Shown in pieces: positions 10,601 through 19,746 of a stretch of DNA of 64,000 nucleotides; the stretch's first letter is position 1, and each line of letters begins with the position of its first letter. Position numbers and translations under genes: made by a program. The notes under the pieces were generated by a model. That model was not told where the DNA came from, searched no databases, and saw only the letters and a list, made by a program, of their open reading frames with translations. The DNA lies in NCBI GenBank assembly GCA_965195345.1, contig OZ239628.1, positions 1,696,001-1,760,000 on the forward strand, given 5' to 3'. The stretch comes from an uncultured Thiomicrospira sp. (GTDB taxonomy: Bacteria > Pseudomonadota > Gammaproteobacteria > CAKMZV01).

Positions 10601-10780
10601 TCTTTGGCCATAGGCATAGGTGGAAAATCACTGATTTGGGGTCCCGTAGCAACCGCTATTGTTTCGGGATTATCTGTGTCGTCAATTTTGTCGGTATTTA
10701 CTATACCGATATTATATTTACTTACTTCGCAGAGGACGGGCTTCTTCAGAAAATCACGCCCCAAAAAACCAATCAGTTAA
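7679..10780 (+). CDS. RND family efflux transporter permease (AcrB/AcrD/AcrF-like)
   Basis: 1033 aa with two TM blocks separated by large periplasmic domains; LGMLVDDAVVVVE motif. Confidence 0.92.
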   Translation: MFFERFLKNHVLANLFFILVLTIGFLSYASLPRQQDPSINFNWINISTVLPGASAEIIEQKVTQILEEGLETVKDIKFVSSISRQNISSILIRFNDIDASTFEKRIQDIRRTLQNKRSELPSDATEPDVFEVTSSNAFPSATVIVTADNNDESLRLAAKQLRREISRLKRVDRVNPTGLSDPQINIEFDPDQLQKYELNVTEIATSLQQAMQDVSAGDINLQKSSWLVTLKGPTTNLEEIANIPIQTTQGEIPLSLIASASRGRSDPGSIVSFKGKPGIMLAVTKKDNSNTLLLVDEVKELLRKRNALSNNEIHYHLADDQTQLTLDAISVMENNFLIGLVMVLIVTGLFLGGKVALMTTLGIPFTVAGTFWALSVLGFTLNTSVLLAIVIALGMLVDDAVVVVESIYSRLRKNQSPIKATIDGISEVIAPVTTSVLTTIAAFLPLMLLPGILGKFLLVVPLVVTLALLISLIEAYWLLPAHVTMMKLNLNKPNRIGRMRNAFLKKIQTSYSKALIKFMRFPKTVLLFVTLLLFGSGASLAMGYIKLDFFASDTLRIYYINVKMPSDSSLENTMKVVNEVKGRAEKHLLPEETRSVVGYAGQLFTETEPLFGKQYGQLLVSLVPKGKGLRSVEEVIASMRKDVTSVQGAQEISILKLAGGPPAGKDISLKILGDDYSQIREATDALKDFILKNKEYVNVNDDDTPGTWGLNLKIDYEKARLFNISPQLIIFTLNALVDGIIVTNTFINNEFIDVRLQARQDRKGDDIKFLLEQTLTSPTGDQIILGELLKIETQKVKGNIRHYNFQRAITIEADIDKSLTDTLKANEKIRTHWESIAKKYPELSIDNSGALDDIQESLNSILTLFIFGIGLMYMILGTQFRSYFQPFLVLFAVPLAFIGVIVGLLLTKNPLSLFTLYGIVALSGIAVNAAIVLVATANRYRSNGMSPTLAIFYASRRRIIPIIITTLTTIAGLISLAIGIGGKSLIWGPVATAIVSGLSVSSILSVFTIPILYLLTSQRTGFFRKSRPKKPIS

Positions 10781-11138
10781 AAACGCGCGCGCAGCCATCC
10801 CAATTACGTAATTTTTTGGATAAAGCCAACACATCCGCCAAACGTCTCCAACGATTATGAAAAAAGACCATTGGACAGTGACTGCCATCAGGCAAAACAT
10901 CAATTAAAGTTTCCCACTCACTCACTGAGTTATAGCTCGGGTATTGATCGTTGCTTACCACATACGTGGGACCATTAAGCCTTTGTATTTCCTCAAGGAA
11001 AAAGTCATCCACTGATAACCAACGGCTACTGTGTTGATGATAAACTTCAAGCTCACCATAACTCTTACGCTCCTCTCCGTGCTTTGCAGCAAAAACAGGC
11101 AAGCAAAAAACAACTAATATACAAAATACTTTTTTCAT
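10773..11138 (-). CDS. Small exported hypothetical protein
   Basis: Signal-peptide-like N-terminus; two Cys in the mature part; starts 15 nt after the aldo/keto reductase stop. Confidence 0.75.
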   Translation of the reverse strand: MKKVFCILVVFCLPVFAAKHGEERKSYGELEVYHQHSSRWLSVDDFFLEEIQRLNGPTYVVSNDQYPSYNSVSEWETLIDVLPDGSHCPMVFFHNRWRRLADVLALSKKLRNWDGCARVFN

Positions 11139-11153
11139 TCCTGTCCCATATTA

Positions 11154-12188
11154 TCAATAATTTCCTGGATTAGGGTATTGTTTAAACACATCATCAATAC
11201 GTTTTCGTATGTCTTCATTTAAAACTACTTCTGCTGATGCAATATTCTCTTGCAATTGTTCCAAATTTGTTGCCCCGATAATATTGCTTGTAACAAACGA
11301 GCGATCATTTATAAAAGCCAAACAGAATTTAGTTATTGTTGTACCTACCTCTTCCGCCAATGACTGATACATCGTCACTGCTGCATGCGTTCTTGGATTA
11401 TCATAATATCCCATCATGTCTGGAAACACGTGGAATCGAGAACCTTCAGGCTTAACACCTCCGCGATACTTCCCAGTTAACAAGCCACCCGCCAAAGGAG
11501 AATAGGCAAGAAGCCCGATATTTTCTGACAATGCAACTTCAGATAAATTTACTTCAAAATCACGCCGCACTATTGAAAAGCAGTTTTGACATGATACGAA
11601 TGGCTTCAATCCATTTTCTTTTCCTATGCGCTGATAGGTCATAAGCCCCCACGCTGTTTCATTCGACAACCCGATCTCTCGTATCTTTCCTTTTTTCACT
11701 AATGCATCAAGTTGGCTATACGCCTTTAGCATCTGCTCTTGAGCATTTGGTAAATACATAGAATCTTCATAATTCATTTTCCCCCACAATGGTACGCTGC
11801 GAGTAGGCCAATGTACCTGATACAAATCGATCACATCCGTTTGTAGCCGAGAGAGCGATGCATCAACTGCTAACTCTATATCACAATCGACACCTTTCCC
11901 CTCGCGTATCCAAGGAACGTGAGGACCTGTTATCTTGGTTGCTAATACAACTTGATTTCGTTTACCCGACTGCTTGAGCCAACGACCTATATAACGCTCA
12001 GTATCTCCGCTGGTTTCTTCCTTAGGGACAATTGGATATACCTCCGCCGTATCAATGAAGTTAACCCCATTATCAACGGCATAATCTAACTGTTCAAATG
12101 CCTCTACTTGTGTATTTTGTTCTCCCCATGTCATTGACCCAAGACATATTTTTGATACTTCTAAACTTCCCAATTTTCTTTTTTCCAT
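11154..12188 (-). CDS. NADP(H)-dependent aldo/keto reductase (Tas-like)
   Basis: ICLGSMTWGEQN, FIDTAEVYP, DLYQVHWP, IGLSNETAWG and LLAYSPLAGGLLTGKY motifs. Confidence 0.93.
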   Translation of the reverse strand: MEKRKLGSLEVSKICLGSMTWGEQNTQVEAFEQLDYAVDNGVNFIDTAEVYPIVPKEETSGDTERYIGRWLKQSGKRNQVVLATKITGPHVPWIREGKGVDCDIELAVDASLSRLQTDVIDLYQVHWPTRSVPLWGKMNYEDSMYLPNAQEQMLKAYSQLDALVKKGKIREIGLSNETAWGLMTYQRIGKENGLKPFVSCQNCFSIVRRDFEVNLSEVALSENIGLLAYSPLAGGLLTGKYRGGVKPEGSRFHVFPDMMGYYDNPRTHAAVTMYQSLAEEVGTTITKFCLAFINDRSFVTSNIIGATNLEQLQENIASAEVVLNEDIRKRIDDVFKQYPNPGNY

Positions 12189-12700
12189 TGCTCCCTTCCT
12201 TATGTGTATTTTGTTCTGTGTTTATTTTTAAATAATAAATCCGCTAGTCAAGCATTGCATAGAGATTAGAATGCTTCGCTCGTTATAAAATAATTTTTAA
12301 CTCGGTCTATTTCCGTTGATTAAGTCAATAATTTCGTACGTGATTTTCTCCTTTTCACCTCAACATTGGAAGTGTTTTTTATATACGTCCTCTTAATTTA
12401 AGCATAAGGATAATTGAAGCTTACTTTTTCCAAGAAATACGATGAAAGAGAAAAAATGACTTTTGCGTGCCCATGATTGATTCTCAAAGAAATTCTAAAG
12501 GCGATTAAAATCGCTTACAAAGACCTATTTTGGAGTTGGGTCAGGCAAAAAAAAAGGTTATGAAAAAACGTTAACTTGGAAAGCGTTTAAATCGATTTAA
12601 GAAAAATATAGACCACACTACTGGGAAGTCATTCTTCCAGACATATACGAAAAAATGTGCAGCTCTTACTATTTACCATCCACCACCAATTCTATGAAAT

Positions 12701-13093
12701 TTATTCTTCAGTTGCTGGTTCTGGCGTTGCTTCTTCGACTGATGCCTCTATTACTTCCTCTTCTTTAACAGCAGCAGGCTTGCTTAATTTTGGCTGATCG
12801 TTTGGAGTTTTCATGATCTTCTCAAATCTTGCAGGTAAGTCTTCGTGATTATTTTTTGCTGACAACTTAAACAATGATGCAACACGATCTGATGGCTGCG
12901 CACCTTGACTTATCCAATGCGAATAACGCTCTTGTTCTATGCGTAGTGAAGTTTCCTTACCACGTGCAATCGGGTTATAAAAACCCAAACGTTCAATAAA
13001 ACGGCCATCACGACTGGCTCTTCTATCAGCCACAACGATTGTATAAAAAGGACGCTTGTGCGCACCACCCCGAGCAAGACGAATAACTACCAT
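12701..13093 (-). CDS. rpsP: 30S ribosomal protein S16 with an acidic C-terminal extension
   Basis: [37 protein letters not shown] and GAQPSDRV motifs. Confidence 0.97.
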   Translation of the reverse strand: MVVIRLARGGAHKRPFYTIVVADRRASRDGRFIERLGFYNPIARGKETSLRIEQERYSHWISQGAQPSDRVASLFKLSAKNNHEDLPARFEKIMKTPNDQPKLSKPAAVKEEEVIEASVEEATPEPATEE

Positions 13094-13168
13094 TAATACT
13101 CCAAATGCAATTAAAACAAAACCTAAAATTTAAGAATGCCACCTTCAAAAAAGCGACAGAACTCATAG

Positions 13169-13183
13169 AGGTGCGCGATTATA
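13169..13183 (-). promoter_or_regulatory. rpsP promoter -10 box with GC-rich discriminator
   Basis: The minus strand reads TATAAT-CGCGCACC about 85 nt upstream of the rpsP ATG, typical of stringently controlled r-protein promoters. Confidence 0.6.
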
Positions 13184-13394
13184 CCCAAAACAAACCAATT
13201 GAATACTGAATATTGCCCTTCGACTCCTTAAAGTTGCATGCATTAGCACAGAGGCATCGTATCTTTTTTGCCTTTTAAATGCATATCCAACAAGTAAATC
13301 GTTGCAGCCAAAAGGCAAACGATCGACTTCAACAGACAATTTATCTTTTTTTTATGGCATAATAAAATGCAACTAGGCTAGTTTATATTAAGAT

Positions 13395-14396
13395 ATGTTA
13401 ACTATGATAACTCTTTACTTTCTACTTACTGTTTTAGCAATTGCACTAGTTTGGCTCGCATCACTGCCTGGCAAATATACCGTTTCTCAAACCAAAACCA
13501 TTGAAGCACCCGTTGATCAAGTTTTCGATACAGTGCGCAACCTTTCCACATGGAAAAACTGGAATCCTTGGCTAATTCATGAGCCCGATGCCAAACTAGT
13601 CATTAGTGACAAACCTGCAGAAAAAGAAGGCTATTACACGTGGGAAGGCAAAGCCATTGGTGCGGGGAAAATGACCAATATCACGGTAGAAAAAAATCTA
13701 AGTGTCATTCAGAAGTTGGAATTTTTAAAACCTTTTAAATCACAAGCCGATGTGGAATGGATATTGCGGTCAACAGACGAAGGTACTCAAGTAACTTGGA
13801 CAATGAAAAGCGCGATGCCTTTCATAATGCGTCCAATGATACCCATGATTAAAAAAATGATTGCATCGGATTACAAAATAGGTCTGATGATGCTCGATCA
13901 GCATATTAATCCTAAAGCAGACGTTTTTCAATTGGATTTTAACGGCAAGCAGTTGTGCGAAAAAATTTCAGGCATTTCAAAAGACTGGCAAGGATCTTTC
14001 AACGACATAGCAACTGCCATGAGCAATGGCTTTGAAGAATTAATGGAAGAAGTGAGTAAAAATAAACTAGAAGTAACTTCCCCTCCTCTATCGATGTATG
14101 AAAAAGTAAATTTGAAAAAAATGACCACCAAGTGCAGTATGATTATTCCAACCGATCTAACCGCCGTTCCTGGTCATTTAAGCAGCACTGAAATTCCGAG
14201 TGGATCTTATTATAAGGTGACATACAAAGGCTCTTACGAACACTTGTCTGAGGCATGGTATGCTGCGTATTCACATCTACGGATGCACAAAATAAAAAAT
14301 GACAAAAAAAGATCAAGCTATGAGGTGTATCTAACAGACCCTCAGAGCACAACAGCCAATGAAACAATTACTGAGCTTTATTTACCGATCAAATAA
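13395..14396 (+). CDS. SRPBCC/polyketide-cyclase-like domain fused to a GyrI-like effector-binding domain, N-terminal membrane anchor
   Basis: IEAPVDQVFDTVRNLSTWKNWNPW (START/SRPBCC-like); YKGSYEHLSEAW...YEVYLTDP...ELYLPI (GyrI-like). Confidence 0.85.
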   Translation: MLTMITLYFLLTVLAIALVWLASLPGKYTVSQTKTIEAPVDQVFDTVRNLSTWKNWNPWLIHEPDAKLVISDKPAEKEGYYTWEGKAIGAGKMTNITVEKNLSVIQKLEFLKPFKSQADVEWILRSTDEGTQVTWTMKSAMPFIMRPMIPMIKKMIASDYKIGLMMLDQHINPKADVFQLDFNGKQLCEKISGISKDWQGSFNDIATAMSNGFEELMEEVSKNKLEVTSPPLSMYEKVNLKKMTTKCSMIIPTDLTAVPGHLSSTEIPSGSYYKVTYKGSYEHLSEAWYAAYSHLRMHKIKNDKKRSSYEVYLTDPQSTTANETITELYLPIK

Positions 14397-14652
14397 TCTA
14401 TAGTCATTGGCGAAGTGTGCAATTTGAATGCAGAGTAACCCTCACAAACCCTTCTAATCATAAATTAACATGAAAGCTACTCCACTTTTGATGATTGCTT
14501 TCTATTAGCATTGGAATTGTGTTTTTATTCTATATAATCCCCCCAAACACCTAACATCAACATCTGATAAAAAGCATAAGAAACATTTAGTTTCCATTTC
14601 ACAGGAATCATTCTATTAAATCAATGTAACATTAAATGTTACACGATAGCAA

Positions 14653-15633
14653 TTATGTATGATTTTTCAGTGCCCTCTGTATTCGATCTCGAATCCTTTT
14701 GCGAAGGGACTCTGGCTCAAGTACTGTTACGTGCTCGCCAAATCGCAGAATTTCAGACTCCAGCTCAATACTAATGTGATAAGGAATCATCAATTGATAA
14801 CTACCGTCGGCTAACTGTCTTCCTATTTGCTTAGAATGCCATCTTTCAAAACAAACCCAATGGGCAACGTGGGGTGAAAATAGCAATACAGCAGTATTTG
14901 ATGCCTCACCAGAAAAAATACCGAAAGAACTGACTCGATTCTGATACTGTTGTTCGGATAAAACAGGTAATTGTGCTTTACGTCGACTGCCTTTAAGCTC
15001 CTTAACACGTTCAACAGCAAATACCCTCCAATCATTGCGCATATGACAAAAAGCGTCAATGTACCAATTATTTCGATAATTCAGCAATTGTTGAACAGAT
15101 ACACAGCGTTGTGTAGCATTATTTTCTCCATCGATATATTCTATAAACAGTTGTTGTTGTTTAGCAAGCGCATTGTATATACGCTGTAGCACTTTTGAAT
15201 CAACCGTTCGACTATTTGCTGGAATGAATTGAATAGCTGGAACATTATTGCTCGTCGCATTTTTTTCCATACCTTTTTGCAAATAATCGGCCAATGCCTT
15301 TGTCTTAAATGCAGGGTTTAATTTCTCAAGACGCAAATCTTGTAACAAAACCAATAATTGTATGACTTTACCAATTCTTTCAGGGGACAAGTTAGGCTCT
15401 GAAAAAGGAGTATGGGTTATTTCATACCCCTCTCTGTGTGCGTTATAGTCGATGTTATATCCGTATATCCTCTCGACCTTTCGAATCAATCGATTCAACT
15501 GCATTCGACTGCAACCCATTTCAATTGTCAACTCAGTTGTATTGGGGAAGCTTTTATGTTTTAAGCGCATAAGTAGATGCTGAATTTTTTCAGCATGACT
15601 CATTGGTTGAGCAACCCTATTAGACAACGTCAT
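14653..15633 (-). CDS. HTH-WYL-WCX transcriptional regulator (YafY/PafC/DriD-like)
   Basis: N-terminal HTH-like region; YRNNWYIDAFCHMRNDWRVFAVERV (WYL); ILRFGEHVTVLEPESLR (WCX). Confidence 0.92.
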   Translation of the reverse strand: MTLSNRVAQPMSHAEKIQHLLMRLKHKSFPNTTELTIEMGCSRMQLNRLIRKVERIYGYNIDYNAHREGYEITHTPFSEPNLSPERIGKVIQLLVLLQDLRLEKLNPAFKTKALADYLQKGMEKNATSNNVPAIQFIPANSRTVDSKVLQRIYNALAKQQQLFIEYIDGENNATQRCVSVQQLLNYRNNWYIDAFCHMRNDWRVFAVERVKELKGSRRKAQLPVLSEQQYQNRVSSFGIFSGEASNTAVLLFSPHVAHWVCFERWHSKQIGRQLADGSYQLMIPYHISIELESEILRFGEHVTVLEPESLRKRIRDRIQRALKNHT

Positions 15634-16078
15634 AGGCTAACCGCAAAAACCATCATAATGCATCCACCGCACCATAAACATAATACTGTAAACCCGCTTG
15701 TCAAATATGTATTGATTTTAAGTCACTAAGCATAATAATATGTTTAAAAAAACCACATCAGTTTCTGAGAAAAGTTTTTTCTACTCTAATATATCAATGC
15801 ACTTGGGAGTCTACTTCCAACATTCATCTTAACTCAGCCAAGGCTAAGTAAGAAGAGCTCAGCAAGTATACTTTTTGTATTTTACACTTGAGTTTGAAGC
15901 GACTTATATATCAGCATATTAACAATTTCTCCATCAAGAAACCAATTTCCCTGTTAGAAGCATATTAAAGGAGATTGTAAATATTCCCTCAACACCTAAT
16001 TTATCACCGTTATTAGTTGTTATCGCTCGTCTTTTAAATCAAATAAGTACGCATATCCAGCATTTATATCGGTATGCT

Positions 16079-16561
16079 CTATTGAATTTCTTCATTAAGT
16101 AATTTTTGGTTTATAAGCCCAGCCTTCTTAAAAGTCAATTGCCCCTGCGGATTCAAGATATAAGTTTGAGGTAAACCAAACACTTTACCGAAAGGAGTCT
16201 CTCCACTCAAATTATTAGAATGAACGATAGGGAAATTAATCCCTAATTTTGTTGCGAATTTTTGAACACCATCTGCGTCTATATCTTCAAAGTTCACTCC
16301 AATAACAGTGGCTTTTCCCGTCGGCAAATGCTGTTGATAAAAAGCTTCCAAATCAGGCATTTCCTTGCGGCATGGAGGACACCATGTTGCCCAATAATTG
16401 ACAATCACCCACTTTCCCCTTAAATCAGCCAATGCTAATTTCTGACCATCAACCGTATTCCATTCTGCATCAACTTGAACGTTCTTCTCACCGTCATTTG
16501 AGCATCCGGTTACTAAAAAAAGGATTATAGTCAGTCCCCAATATATATTTTTCACTTTCAT
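16079..16561 (-). CDS. TlpA-family disulfide reductase lipoprotein
   Basis: Lipobox VTGC; VNYWATWCPPCRKEMP thioredoxin motif. Confidence 0.93.
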   Translation of the reverse strand: MKVKNIYWGLTIILFLVTGCSNDGEKNVQVDAEWNTVDGQKLALADLRGKWVIVNYWATWCPPCRKEMPDLEAFYQQHLPTGKATVIGVNFEDIDADGVQKFATKLGINFPIVHSNNLSGETPFGKVFGLPQTYILNPQGQLTFKKAGLINQKLLNEEIQ

Positions 16562-16649
16562 TTTTTCCTAAAGTTAAATGGTATTTGTAACGCCTGTTAA
16601 ATATACGCCTTTTCGAATTCAATCTTTCGCATACAATACCATATAACCT

Positions 16650-17009
16650 ATGAATTCTCCTTGGCTTAAATATTGGCGTCTTAGTACTGTTTTGGCTATT
16701 AGTTGGTCATTACTATGGTTCATTTTCTTGAACCCATCTCAATATGTTCAACCAATGGTTCAGGTTTTTTGGCTAGTCACGCCTTGGGCTTGGCTTCATT
16801 GGTGGGCGCGTAACGGTCATTATAAACCCATATTTTTAGCGCAGTTATTAACCATTCTTTTCGCAGTTTTCAGCATGAGTTATTTAGTTGGCAACCAATA
16901 TATATATGCTCTGATTGCTGTATTGCTTTGGTTCATTCTTTTTTACGTTGGCTTTAAACACCTTAAAATCATCAAACAAACTCTCACTCAACAATTCGAT
17001 GCAAAATAG
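16650..17009 (+). CDS. Small multi-pass membrane protein of unknown function
   Basis: About four hydrophobic segments; overlaps the purB start. Confidence 0.65.
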   Translation: MNSPWLKYWRLSTVLAISWSLLWFIFLNPSQYVQPMVQVFWLVTPWAWLHWWARNGHYKPIFLAQLLTILFAVFSMSYLVGNQYIYALIAVLLWFILFYVGFKHLKIIKQTLTQQFDAK

Positions 17010-18360
17010 TTTACTCGCTTTATCTCCTTTAGATGGCAGATATCATACAAAAATTTCTGAATTAACAACGTACTTCAGCGAATATGCACTAATTCGCAAT
17101 CGTGTACGCGTAGAGATCGCATGGCTGATAACCCTTTCCGAATGCCCAGAAATAACTGACATTCCCTCTCTCAGTAATACTGCCAAAAAAAAACTAGATG
17201 ATATTATCGACGCCTTTGACGTAGAACAGGCCGTTATAGTAAAAAATCACGAATCCTCCACTAATCACGATGTCAAAGCGGTCGAATACTATTTAAAAGA
17301 AGCAGTTTCAGATAATGAAGAACTGAAAAAAATCAGCGAATTTATCCATTTCTCTTGTACCTCTGAAGATATCAATAACCTTTCATACGCCCTTAGCATT
17401 CTGGAATCACGCGCTGTTATCAACCAACAGCTTTCAACTATAACAGGTACCCTTCGACTGATGTCGCATGCATTAGCAGGCACATCCATGCTTGCAAAAA
17501 CGCACGGACAACCCGCATCGCCGACCACTATGGGCAAAGAACTAGCCAATCTCCTTTTCCGTATTGAAAAACAGATAAATCAACTCAATGAAATAGATAT
17601 TTATGGCAAGTTCAACGGCGCAACAGGTAATTTCAACAGCCACTTTTGCGCCTATCCTGAGGTTGATTGGGAGAAAGTCTCTGCCCAATTTGTCCAAAGC
17701 ATGCACTTGACATGGAACGCATACACGACTCAGATCGAACCACACGATTATTATGCAGAGTACTTTCATAATCTGATGCGCATAAACACTATCTTGATTG
17801 ATCTTAGTCGTGACATGTGGGGCTATATTTCATTTGGTCTTTTCAAACAAAAAGTTATTGCCAATGAAATTGGATCATCAGCAATGCCTCACAAAGTCAA
17901 TCCTATTGATTTTGAAAATGCTGAAGGCAACCTTGGACTTTCGAATGCTTTACTTGCCCACATGGCAGACAAATTACCTGTTTCCAGATTTCAAAGAGAC
18001 CTAAGCGACTCCACCGTTCAGCGGAATATCGGTTCTGCAATCGCTTACGCACTCATTGCTTGGAAAGCATTAGCAAAAGGATTGACGAAATTAGAAATCA
18101 ACTCCAAACAGATACAAAATGAACTTGATGCCAATCCTGAAGTTTTAGCTGAAGCGGTACAAACAGTTATGCGCCGTTATGGCATAGAAAAACCATACGA
18201 AAAGTTGAAGCATTTAACCAGAGGCAAACAATTTGATAAGCAGGCATTTAAAGTGTTTATTCAAAATCTTGAAATCCCCAAAGAAGCCAAACAACGTTTA
18301 CTATCGCTAAAACCAGAGGGATACATTGGAAATGCAACGGACAAAGCACGTTCAATCTGA
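16999..18360 (+). CDS. purB: Adenylosuccinate lyase
   Basis: ALSPLDGRY, TNHDVKAVEY, CTSEDINN and GSSAMPHKVNPIDFENAEGN motifs; real start is likely ATG 16999. Confidence 0.97.
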   Translation: MQNSLLALSPLDGRYHTKISELTTYFSEYALIRNRVRVEIAWLITLSECPEITDIPSLSNTAKKKLDDIIDAFDVEQAVIVKNHESSTNHDVKAVEYYLKEAVSDNEELKKISEFIHFSCTSEDINNLSYALSILESRAVINQQLSTITGTLRLMSHALAGTSMLAKTHGQPASPTTMGKELANLLFRIEKQINQLNEIDIYGKFNGATGNFNSHFCAYPEVDWEKVSAQFVQSMHLTWNAYTTQIEPHDYYAEYFHNLMRINTILIDLSRDMWGYISFGLFKQKVIANEIGSSAMPHKVNPIDFENAEGNLGLSNALLAHMADKLPVSRFQRDLSDSTVQRNIGSAIAYALIAWKALAKGLTKLEINSKQIQNELDANPEVLAEAVQTVMRRYGIEKPYEKLKHLTRGKQFDKQAFKVFIQNLEIPKEAKQRLLSLKPEGYIGNATDKARSI

Positions 18361-18503
18361 CTTCAACATTTAATACCCACCGAACAAACTCTTCTTATTG
18401 ATATTATTAGCCATAAGGCTATTAGAAAAGATAACCCTTAGTAGCTGGTAGCTCGCATTTTCCTATAATCCATTAAGCGAAAAACAGTACAAGGTTGTTT
18501 TGT

Positions 18504-18734
18504 TTATGATTCGTCCTGTTCTTTAGACTTACGGACCAACGTTTCAATCATCCCGATAACAATGCGTACGTAAATGAATGTTCCTAGCAACAACACAGGA
18601 TGATCTGCCATTGCAGGAAAATCAATCCACAATTTCAAAGGAAATGCAAAGGAGACAATGAATGCAACGATTCCCCAAGGACGATTAAAATCCATCCATA
18701 GAAAAAATTTTAATGCCCAGTAGTACATATCCAC
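18504..18734 (-). CDS. Small membrane protein, hypothetical
   Basis: 76 aa with two hydrophobic segments and a charged tail. Confidence 0.5.
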   Translation of the reverse strand: MDMYYWALKFFLWMDFNRPWGIVAFIVSFAFPLKLWIDFPAMADHPVLLLGTFIYVRIVIGMIETLVRKSKEQDES

Positions 18735-18946
18735 ATAACGAGATTAACCAAGATAAGCGGGGAATGATTAGCAATCATCAATTTAACCATTTTCTCTACA
18801 TATCGGCATCAATAAAAACCCTAACAATGAAGGAGCGTTTAATAACTTATAGCGCTGGTGCATTGATTTCATATAAAAAGTCACGATTATTTAAATCTAT
18901 GAGAAAATGCCAGTAAATTTGCAAACCCACTACTAAAGGTAACATT

Positions 18947-19264
18947 ATGGCACAATATGTCTTGGTTTATTTAGGTGGAAATCCACCATCCACACCCGAA
19001 GAAGGGCAAAAACATTTTGCAAGATACATGGAATGGATAAAATCATTGGGTGATGCTGCCGTCAGTCCCGCAAACCCACTAAAAGATACCCATACAGTAC
19101 TTCCAGATGGCTCAATAAAAGATGGAGGAATGATTGGTATGTCAGGCTACACCATTGTTGAAGCCGATTCAATGGATGAGGCACTAAAAATGGCAAAATC
19201 GTGCCCGTTTTTAGAAATAAATGGAACACTAGAAGTATCGGAACGAATCGATATGGCGATGTAA
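18947..19264 (+). CDS. YCII-related (dimeric alpha-beta barrel) protein
   Basis: SGYTIVEADSMDEALKMAKSCP and LEVSE motifs; AAGG RBS. Confidence 0.85.
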   Translation: MAQYVLVYLGGNPPSTPEEGQKHFARYMEWIKSLGDAAVSPANPLKDTHTVLPDGSIKDGGMIGMSGYTIVEADSMDEALKMAKSCPFLEINGTLEVSERIDMAM

Positions 19265-19746
19265 AAAATTAGTTTCAACTATGTACTTCACATAAAAAAA
19301 GAAAAACTGGCAACGTGATTTTTGTTTGTTCTTTATGGATAAGAAAATTTAGAATTATTCCTCAACTGCTTGAAACACACTTTTTTTTAATTTCTTTCTG
19401 ATAACTGAATACTTGATTCAAAAATGGAGTCATTGTCAGTGACTTTTGTCCGATTCCTAAAAATGAACGATAGTATAAAAAAAGAATAAGCAAAACAAAA
19501 AAAGTTTAAAGCTCAATTTGCTAGCAAAGGCATATAATGATTATCGTCCCTTATCTTTCTATAAATAATCTATGAAATCATTCTTTAATAAACATCAAAC
19601 TCAAAACTCTCACGACTCGATATTCGTAGGTGAATTCTTTTTATATTTAATAAAACCATTGGTATGATTTCACAGAACAGCGTCCAAAAAAAATTCATCA
19701 AACACTCTCGCTGGAATTTTAACAGGAATCCCTATTGAGTTAATTT

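Noticed and set aside
13267-13320. TTTGCCTTTT...AAAAGGCAAA inverted repeat as a c-di-GMP riboswitch or MITE
   Set aside because: Lacks the GAAA tetraloop and GCAAAG core; single copy with no target duplication seen.
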